Source: Bdellovibrionota bacterium (GTDB taxonomy: Bacteria > Bdellovibrionota_C > UBA2361 > JBGSMV01). From it: a DNA stretch of 32,806 bases. Numbering within the stretch: the first letter of the stretch is position 1; the number at the start of each line of letters is the position of its first letter. A model generated the notes under the pieces. That model was not told where the DNA came from. It did not search any database and was given only the letters and a program-made list of their open reading frames with translations. Shown in pieces: positions 26,040 through 32,806 of the stretch. The stretch spans positions 1 through 32,806 of the forward strand of contig JBIKWF010000043.1 of the NCBI GenBank assembly GCA_044356455.1, given 5' to 3'. The translations under genes were made by a program, and so were the position numbers.

Positions 26040-28094
26040 CTAGAACTTCGCCTCAATCGAAAAGCGCAGCTCTCTCCCCCTTCCGGGAATAGTGTCTTGT
26101 GTATGTTCGTTTCCTGCCGGGTAAGAAATCCTGCGGTCGAGCAGGTTGTATGCGGAAAGTGCCATGGTGAAGTGGGGAAGAAGTTTTTTCCCAAGAATGG
26201 TTACATTTACGATGGTATTTGAGCTCGAGGTAGAGCCTTGGATAGTTGAACGCGGGCCATTGTATCTAAATTCTGGGGAGAGGAAAATTTTCTCCTCAAG
26301 CATCGGCACTGAAAAGCCACCACGACCCAGAAGATAAGGGGAATTCGTTAGATGACTTCCTGAATTCTTATCTTCCGCATCGACATACGAGAGTCCTCCG
26401 AAATATTCGATCCCTTGGGTTGTGCGCGATCGCGCGTCGAGTTCAACGCCATGCGCCTCTACCCCGTCAAGATTCGAGAAGACAAAACGATCGTCTGCTC
26501 CAATCCCTTGGGTGATGATTTCATCGAGAGTGTAGTGAAAGTAGCTTGTGGTTATATGCGTATTTGAGCCGAGATTCTGCTCCCATATAACCTCGAAGTT
26601 CTCCATCTTTTCCGGTTCGAGGTTTGGATTGGGCGCAATTGATGGGCTTTCAAAGTGTAGTTCGTAGTCGTTGGGAGCACGAAAGGCTCTTCCGTAGGAA
26701 AACTTAAGGGCGCTGCCCTCAAGCGGCTTTACGATAATTCCAAGGCGGGGATTCCAGCTATTGCCAAAGGTGCTGTAGTGGTCAAGGCGTAAGCCGCCTT
26801 CTACAAGAAGAGAAGGCAGGATCTCTGCACGAAGATTGGCAAAAAGTGCGCCAAAGGAATAGTCGTTGGTTGTTCTTGAATCTTCTTCCACGTAGGGCTC
26901 AACTGTGCCACCGCCGTTCTCAAGGTCGAAATTGCTGTGGGCCTCGCCACCTAGAACAATTGAGATTGATTCTAAAGGGGAAAACGAGAAGCGGGTCTCG
27001 CCACCAATATGGCGAGCGTAAGAATAGTCTCGATACAGAGAGGAGCTCCCATCTTCCAGCGCGTAGGCGTAAAGCCCGTGATAGCGGGTGTAATCGTAGC
27101 CTGCTCGGACTATTAGTTTTCCTTCCTGCTCGGGGGCTACGGTGGTTTCGTAGCTCACTTCAGCACGCACGGACTCGTCAATAGAGTAGAGATCATCTGA
27201 GCCGAAAATGCTGCCATAGGAAGCTGTAGGAGTAGTCTTGCGCCGTCGCCCAGCTGCTACCAAGAAAGAGAATTCCTGGTAGCGTGCGCTAAGGTATCCA
27301 TTGCGATATTTTTCGTCGTCGTTGTAACGAGCTGTGCCCTCTGCAGGATCGCTACTGAACTCAGGGAAAAATAATTCGCTTGCGCCCTGTGAGTTAAGAG
27401 CAGAGACGGCGGCCGCAACATCAAGCCCATTCGCGTACTCTTTTCCAAACTGAGCGTATCCTTTGCGTCGTAGTTCTGATCCAACGTCTCCCCCAATAAC
27501 CGTTCCATCGATGTCTTTCCCTCGTTTGGTGAAGACGTTAATTACCGCAAGCAGTGCGTTGGTTCCCCAGACAGCGGATCCGGGGCCTTTAATGATCTCA
27601 ATACGCTCGATGTTTTCGATTGAAACCGGGAAGTGATTTCCGACTGGCCCCTCATCGTATATCGGATCGTTGAGACGATGCCCATCAAGCAGTACGAGAA
27701 CGCGCGTGTTGAAATCTCCCGGACGCGAGAATCCGCGCACGCCAAGGTACTCATAGTTTCGGTCGTCAGTTATATAAAACCCTAAGACATTCTGGAGCGC
27801 CTCGCTCAGCGATCGATAGCCAAATCGCTGTATGTCTTTTGAGGTTATAACTTGCACTGAAGCGGGGGTGTCCTCGATGGTCGAAGAGGTTTTCGAGGCC
27901 GAAACGATCTCGACCTGCATGAGATCTTCAAGAGACATCTCAAGTGCGCTATTGAGCGCAGGCTTCATGTCCTCGGCTTGGAGCGACGATGTCGAGCCAG
28001 CAAAAAAACTCGAGATAAGCGCGGCGACAAGGCGCAAAGTGCGAGGACCGAGCCGGCCAAGGCAGACTTTGGCTATAGAGGAGCGGGTTCGCAT
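26040..28094 (-). CDS. TonB-dependent receptor
   Basis: LEMSLEDLMQVEIVSASK...PASVQVIT, VRGF, VLVLLDG, IERIEIIKGPGSAVWGTNA..VIN plug motifs; LEPEK, NLLD, C-terminal Phe. Confidence 0.95.
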   Translation of the reverse strand: MRTRSSIAKVCLGRLGPRTLRLVAALISSFFAGSTSSLQAEDMKPALNSALEMSLEDLMQVEIVSASKTSSTIEDTPASVQVITSKDIQRFGYRSLSEALQNVLGFYITDDRNYEYLGVRGFSRPGDFNTRVLVLLDGHRLNDPIYDEGPVGNHFPVSIENIERIEIIKGPGSAVWGTNALLAVINVFTKRGKDIDGTVIGGDVGSELRRKGYAQFGKEYANGLDVAAAVSALNSQGASELFFPEFSSDPAEGTARYNDDEKYRNGYLSARYQEFSFLVAAGRRRKTTPTASYGSIFGSDDLYSIDESVRAEVSYETTVAPEQEGKLIVRAGYDYTRYHGLYAYALEDGSSSLYRDYSYARHIGGETRFSFSPLESISIVLGGEAHSNFDLENGGGTVEPYVEEDSRTTNDYSFGALFANLRAEILPSLLVEGGLRLDHYSTFGNSWNPRLGIIVKPLEGSALKFSYGRAFRAPNDYELHFESPSIAPNPNLEPEKMENFEVIWEQNLGSNTHITTSYFHYTLDEIITQGIGADDRFVFSNLDGVEAHGVELDARSRTTQGIEYFGGLSYVDAEDKNSGSHLTNSPYLLGRGGFSVPMLEEKIFLSPEFRYNGPRSTIQGSTSSSNTIVNVTILGKKLLPHFTMALSAYNLLDRRISYPAGNEHTQDTIPGRGRELRFSIEAKF

Positions 28095-28189
28095 AGGGAT
28101 GCCCCTTTTTTAGGAAATCTGTGGTGTTTATGCCACCCCCGTTTTTGCCGAGGACTCCGCTATTCGCCTATTTTTTTGGGGGGGCGACA

Positions 28190-28411
28190 ATGAAAGCGGA
28201 ACAGCTGAAAGCCAAGATCCCTCCCCTCGTCGTCTTCTATGAGCGGGCGCTCGGGCTTCCAAGACGTGGGGAGCGTTTATCTTGGGTTGATGGAGGCCTG
28301 TGTCCGTTTCGTCGAGACCAAAGGAAGGGAAACTTTCGAGTAAATTGGGAATCGGGGGCCTTCAAGTGTTTCGCCTGCGGCTCAAGGGCCGTAGCTGCCG
28401 TAAAGGCCTGA
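28190..28411 (+). pseudogene. Truncated CHC2 zinc-finger (primase N-terminal) remnant
   Basis: GLCPFRRDQRKGNFRVN...GAFKCFACG; the His of CPFH is replaced by Arg and the ORF stops 9 aa after CFACG. Confidence 0.65.
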
Positions 28412-29070
28412 TCGCTGCGCCAAGAATTGGCGGTTAGTTTTGCGTGCGCCGCCTCGCCTCTAAGGAGTTCTCCCGACAGATCTAGTCCGTCGAGCTGAGT
28501 AATGGGTCTTTTCACTTCTGCGAGTCTTCGGGCTGCGACAGCGCGGTCATGGGAAGTTGGGTTTGCCATACTGTAATTTAATATCTGCGGTGAGGCTTTG
28601 ACGAATGCCCGTCTCTCTCTTTGATTTTTGCCCGGGCTCGTGGCTTTTGCATTCTCTCGGTTACAGGAAGCCTAAACAAATGAGGCAGAGTTCTGGAGCT
28701 TCCAGTCTTCGTAGTCTTCACGGAAGCTACTGGAACCACTGGAATACTCATTCGCCAACGAAAACTTTTTCTGGACTACCCTCGCAGGCAGGCGTAAACG
28801 CATAAAGTCGCCCTATTTCGCGAGTCCGCATGATAGAGTCTTGGCACGTACTTCTTAGCGTCATTCTCTTCCTACTCATCTCGGGAGCAGAGGGAGAGGG
28901 GCTTCATCGAAAACGCTAAAGAACCTTCGCCTCACCCCTCAGGTAGACTATCTTGTCCTTGTCTCGTCCCTAATCCACCCATTAGTTGGAGCCATTTAGC
29001 CGCCTTGAAAGGTGGCTGGATGGATTGCGCTTAAGCTGGTACTACTTGCCCCAACCATTGGGAGCCAATA

Positions 29071-29319
29071 ATGAGCAACGATCCTGCAGACATGAAAGCC
29101 GAGCTAGAGAAACTTCGCGCCGAGAACGAGGCCCTTAAAAAGACCAAAGAAAAGGGCCTATCAATGAAAATTGGCGAGAAGGGCGGGCTTTCGGTTTATG
29201 GTCTTGGAAGGTTTCCCGTGACCCTCTACAAGGAACAGTGGACCCGGCTGCTTGATATGGCGGACGAGATTCGGGCCTTTATTGCCGCAAATGGGGATCG
29301 GCTTAAGTCGAAAGAGTAG
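29071..29319 (+). CDS. Conserved hypothetical small protein (coiled coil plus EKG..SVYGLGRFPVTLYKEQW domain)
   Basis: GGGAG RBS; recognisable widespread family of unknown function. Confidence 0.85.
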   Translation: MSNDPADMKAELEKLRAENEALKKTKEKGLSMKIGEKGGLSVYGLGRFPVTLYKEQWTRLLDMADEIRAFIAANGDRLKSKE

Positions 29320-29331
29320 AGGGAGCTTGGC

Positions 29332-30300
29332 CTACGGCATGGTATTCCGAAACGGATACATGCACCATTTAAGCACCGAGAGGCAGGGGGCGACGCGTAG
29401 ATCTACAAGGTCCCCGCCAAGTTGATTCTCAAGTTCTCGGGTGATTTCTGGTACATCGCTAAGATTGTTCACTTCTATTGAGACTTCAAAGTCCCAAGTG
29501 CCAAGGGCTTTTACCAATGAAGTGACTCTCGGGTGAGTGGAGCAGAAGTGAAGTACCTTATCCGCCGAGGCGGCGCCAAAGCTTTTCACAGCGATGAGAA
29601 GCCATACCACTTGAATTCCAATTCTTGAGGTTTCGAGCTGGAATATAGTGCCGTTGTATACCTCTGCTGCCTGAAGTTTTTTCATTCGATATTCTAAGGT
29701 GCTCGCAGGAGCTCGTGCCATTCGGCTTAGTTCCGAGATTGATGCGCGCGGACTCGCTGCTATGGCCTTAAGCAGCTGATGGTCTAATTCATCAATCGTA
29801 ATTCTGTTCTCTGGGCGCTTTGTGGTGAGGGAAGTCAACCCAGACTTTGTGGCATCAAGGTATCTTCTTCTGAACTGAGTATACTCAAGATACACTCCAT
29901 GGGTCTTTCGAAGGAGAGATACTCCTGTCTGGTTGCAAAGATCGGTAAGAAGTTGTGCCGCACTCCAGGGGTCGCGGTGCAGCAATGAAGCGCCAAATGA
30001 GAACTCTCCCCCAAGTTCCATCACTTGAAGCACTCGCTCCGAGTTAATAAGCGCCTGGAGAAACTTGTCACGTGCGCGTCCTCCCGAGCAGGAGAAGTAT
30101 ATTGAATATTCAAAAAGTCCCAGAGCATAAGGATTTATAAGCGCGTACTCTGAGAGCACTCCACGGGTATGATACGAAGCGATCGTGCGTCTTACGGAGT
30201 GTGGCTGGCAGCCGGCAAGTGTGGCGAGTTGAGAGATGGGAAGGTCTGCGCGAAGATGGATCTGAGAAAGAATTCTTCGGTCGCGCTCACTAAGGTTCAT
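29332..30300 (-). CDS. Lrp/AsnC-family regulator with tandem-duplicated modules (paralog of 934..1902)
   Basis: Same length (322 aa) and shared motifs LRAD, PH.VR, GGE, LDH..LKA, L.YR...L, G.WD.E, YPFR. Confidence 0.85.
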   Translation of the reverse strand: MNLSERDRRILSQIHLRADLPISQLATLAGCQPHSVRRTIASYHTRGVLSEYALINPYALGLFEYSIYFSCSGGRARDKFLQALINSERVLQVMELGGEFSFGASLLHRDPWSAAQLLTDLCNQTGVSLLRKTHGVYLEYTQFRRRYLDATKSGLTSLTTKRPENRITIDELDHQLLKAIAASPRASISELSRMARAPASTLEYRMKKLQAAEVYNGTIFQLETSRIGIQVVWLLIAVKSFGAASADKVLHFCSTHPRVTSLVKALGTWDFEVSIEVNNLSDVPEITRELENQLGGDLVDLRVAPCLSVLKWCMYPFRNTMP

Positions 30301-30471
30301 AAACGTGCATCATCACTGAGTTGGGGAGTGCGGCAAGTTCGAGGGAGGCAGCTAATACCTATGTTCCCAGACCTTGGCTAAACTTGGGGCTTATTCAGAG
30401 ATAGATCAAGGCGAAAAGTGCCTTAATCGCTCCGGAGCTTTGGTGTAAGAGCCATAGTTTGAGGGTGGGCC

Positions 30472-30587
30472 TTAGGAGCTCGTCTTGCAGGAAGCTTTCA
30501 CCACTATAAGTTGTGGAGGGCAGGGAGACACTCTCCTAGGAGTCTGTCCAAAATGCAAATTCATGTTTCTCCGGGACACGCTCCTAG
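30472..30587. mobile_element. MITE family 2, copy 1
   Basis: TTAG-GAG...GGGACACGCTC-CTAG; colinear with 32371-32487; internal CTCCTAGGAG junction at 30533-30542. Confidence 0.65.
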
Positions 30588-31255
30588 GTTGCCATCCGCC
30601 CAACACCTGCCCGCTTGAGAACCTCAAGCGCTTCTCCAAGTTGTTCCTCGGGCATGAGAAGCAGAAGTTCTCCACTCACCCCGATTATTTCAACCAAATT
30701 AATCTCGTTTCCTGAAAGCAAGGAAGTGAGCTGCGCAATCACGCCGCGAGTGTCGACGGCTTGAGCACTAAAGATGAAAGATACCTGAGCCAGCCCCTTT
30801 CGAATTGAGGCGGGGGTTACCTTCGATAGTTTGGTAAGGAGAAGCTGGTGCCTTTCGGGGGCAAGGATAATGGAGTGATTCTCTGCTTGAACGAAGGCAA
30901 CGGGAGTTCTCGGTGGCAGTAACTGTTTGAGCTTGATAATCGCTTCTCCGGGAAGCGCTCCTTCTATGGTTGCTACGCTCATCTGAGTTCGAATGACGAT
31001 CGAAGCTCCGCGAAGTACCGCGTCGGCACGAGGCGCGCTGGCGTTTGCCTTTTTCATGCGCGCCGCAAGCCGGCCTATCGCAATTGCATATGCTTCAATT
31101 CCCTTTCTCTGACGCTGCCCCGCAATTTCCCGGGCAAGAGCGCGGTGATTAAGGAGCCCCAGTCTCATGCACTCGAGCACAAGAGGGTGCGCATGCACGT
31201 AACTTCGGACTCTCTGCGCAACGGAATCTTCCTTCTTTTGGGGACGAATTGTCAT
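30584..31255 (-). CDS. ACT-domain protein with N-terminal HTH-like region
   Basis: SVAQRVRSYV..HP.V.ECMRLGLLNHRALAREI N-terminus; C-terminal TRGVIAQLTSLLSGNEINLVEIIGVSGELLLL ACT motif. Confidence 0.8.
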   Translation of the reverse strand: MTIRPQKKEDSVAQRVRSYVHAHPLVLECMRLGLLNHRALAREIAGQRQRKGIEAYAIAIGRLAARMKKANASAPRADAVLRGASIVIRTQMSVATIEGALPGEAIIKLKQLLPPRTPVAFVQAENHSIILAPERHQLLLTKLSKVTPASIRKGLAQVSFIFSAQAVDTRGVIAQLTSLLSGNEINLVEIIGVSGELLLLMPEEQLGEALEVLKRAGVGRMAT

Positions 31256-31256
31256 T

Positions 31257-31292
31257 TGTTATATATAAAACATTTCTGTTCCTTTTGATACA
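31257..31292. promoter_or_regulatory. Two TGT-N10-ACA boxes directly upstream of the HTH-ACT gene
   Basis: TGTTATATATAAAACA (31257-31272) and TGTTCCTTTTGATACA (31277-31292), 20-bp period. Confidence 0.4.
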
Positions 31293-31383
31293 TAGGCAAC
31301 CTCTTCGACAGCGCGTACGGATGCCTTAGGAGGAAGGGGTACGTAAGATTCTTTCTGCAATTAACAATTTGTGGAGAGAACCT

Positions 31384-32253
31384 ATGGACCCTATTACAAA
31401 CCGTAAGATTTCCGAGGCCAACGGGCAGCCCGCTCCTAAGGCCGTTCTCGGCGTGGGTGAAGGAATCGATGAACTGCTGGCACTGCTTGCTCATTGTGAA
31501 GCTAGTCACCTTGCTCGAATGGAGCCGGATAAGCTTCTTCGAAAGGAACTCGATTTTCATGCGGGGGCGGAGGCTTCATGGAATCTTATTGAGCAGCGCT
31601 GCGGGGCGCTTACAAGGATTCAGAGTGAGGTTGCCCAACAAATGTCCTTGGTGCATGAAGCGCTTAGTAAAGACATTCGTGAATTGCTACTTGAGGCAAT
31701 TGTAGGTTTCTACTCGAATCCAACATTCGAGTTAAGAGAATCTGTGGAGAGGGATCTAGAAGCAGCCCAAGATTCTAATACGCTTGAGCTCGTATACAAT
31801 AAGCACATGGGAGACTGGCCCGTCGAGCAATATTTTGCCGGCAATTCGCCGTTCGTTTGTCTTCGCACGCTTGAGCTAACCAAGGCGAGTGTAGAGTCGG
31901 TAGGGACAGATGCGCGCCGTAAACCTGAGGCGCGAACTCTATTCGATTTTCTCGCGGTCGAAATGTTTGCTCGTTTTGATGTCGCGCTAAGTGATTTTGG
32001 CCTTGCCCAGCGGAAAGAGTTTTTCTTGGCTGAATCGCCGGAAGTTTTGCTGCAGGAGCAAAGACTTCAATGCGTACTTAGTTTCCTGGTGAGAGTCGGA
32101 TTTATGGGAGAAGAGGACAGGCAATGGATTCGTGGGCTAGAGCCCGCGGTCTTTGAGGGGGAGGTTTGCCGGGCTTTTTGTCTCTTTCTCCGTGATCGGG
32201 GCGGAGTTCCTATTCAAGGTGACCCGCATGGGGGGAACTCTCTAGGCTTCTGA
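31384..32253 (+). CDS. Hypothetical protein
   Basis: Long ORF with GGAGAG RBS before ATG 31384; no recognised motif; the stop codon lies inside the following MITE. Confidence 0.65.
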   Translation: MDPITNRKISEANGQPAPKAVLGVGEGIDELLALLAHCEASHLARMEPDKLLRKELDFHAGAEASWNLIEQRCGALTRIQSEVAQQMSLVHEALSKDIRELLLEAIVGFYSNPTFELRESVERDLEAAQDSNTLELVYNKHMGDWPVEQYFAGNSPFVCLRTLELTKASVESVGTDARRKPEARTLFDFLAVEMFARFDVALSDFGLAQRKEFFLAESPEVLLQEQRLQCVLSFLVRVGFMGEEDRQWIRGLEPAVFEGEVCRAFCLFLRDRGGVPIQGDPHGGNSLGF

Positions 32254-32374
32254 AAAAACAACCTCTGTGCACCTCTGGAGCCTCTGCGGTGAATTTTCAT
32301 CAAGAAATTCACCACGGAGGACACGAAGGTACACAGAGGTGTAGTGAGAATGGGGTTTTTGGAGGTTCCCCTAG
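32242..32374. mobile_element. MITE family 1, copy 3
   Basis: CTAG-GCTTCTGAAAAAAC...GTTTTTGGAGGTTCC; interior closely matches 1954-2018 (TTTTCATCAAG.AATTCACCAC.GAGGA.ACGAAGGTACACAGAGGTGTAGT). Confidence 0.65.
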
Positions 32375-32487
32375 GAGTCTGTCCCGTAGAAAATTTCTAC
32401 CACCACATGTTGTGGTGGCAACGGAACAGCCCACCTACGGATTGTCTCCAAAATGAAGATTCATGTTTCTACGGGACACACTCCTAG
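32371..32487. mobile_element. MITE family 2, copy 2
   Basis: Inverted repeats GGAGTCTGTCCCGTAGAAA / TTTCTACGGGACACACTCC (19 bp, one mismatch) with CTAG at both ends. Confidence 0.75.
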
Positions 32488-32806
32488 TTGTCTTTCATTA
32501 GCTGGTAAGATTCCGGCTCAGCGCTTTTCGCCACCGGTTCCAATTTCTTTTGCAAATCCACCGCCGCAGCTTTCAAATAGTCGCTTGAAATCATCAGGTT
32601 CTCAGCTATTTGTTCAACCTTCTTGATAGCCGAGAGGAGGTCGTCGCGCCTCGTTTGGTCGCTTCCCCCCTTGATAGTGTTATTGCAAAACGCCTTAACG
32701 ATATTTATCTGAACGTCGAGCGGCTCATCGAGAGTGATTCGCTCCATGAGCCCAATTGCCATCAAGATTCTTTGCTGAACAAGGTCATACTGAATTTTTC
32801 GCATAA
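32484..32806 (-). CDS. Hypothetical protein, C-terminal part (probably 5'-truncated by the window edge)
   Basis: Open frame reaching the end of the window; helical, charged composition. Confidence 0.55.
   Translation of the reverse strand, partial: MRKIQYDLVQQRILMAIGLMERITLDEPLDVQINIVKAFCNNTIKGGSDQTRRDDLLSAIKKVEQIAENLMISSDYLKAAAVDLQKKLEPVAKSAEPESYQLMKDN

Noticed and set aside
28237..28569. 110-aa minus-strand ORF
   Set aside because: Overlaps the CHC2 remnant in antisense and has no recognisable family; left uncalled.

Overview
Accessory region of a diderm bacterium (TonB-dependent receptor, lipoproteins); the taxon cannot be fixed from sequence alone. The core is a tRNA cluster with all four Ser isoacceptors (GGA, GCT, TGA on -, CGA on +), tRNA-Arg(ACG) and tadA. 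It is surrounded by secreted/surface proteins (1.9-kaa SBBP/Ig-like lipoprotein, Cys-rich repeat protein, collagen-like protein, two trypsin-like proteases) and regulators (two tandem-domain Lrp/AsnC paralogs, TrmB, HTH-ACT). The most striking non-coding signal is a family of 88-90 bp tandem repeats fused to the 3' CGCCA of three tRNA-Ser genes, a duplicated tRNA-Ser(CGA) 3' half and one non-tRNA site. The repeats are built from GCGAAGC-type mini-hairpins with tandem G.A and GNA/GNA mismatches, and one copy shows compensatory changes, which points to a strand-specific (probably ssDNA) structure. The arrays bracket cargo genes for secreted proteins, including a 5.3-kb integrase-less island at tRNA-Ser(CGA) with an unusually long direct repeat. 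Two MITE families with IS5-like ends, a frameshifted solute-binding-protein pseudogene and several candidate operators are also visible. All family assignments are from motif recognition by eye; no database search was run.
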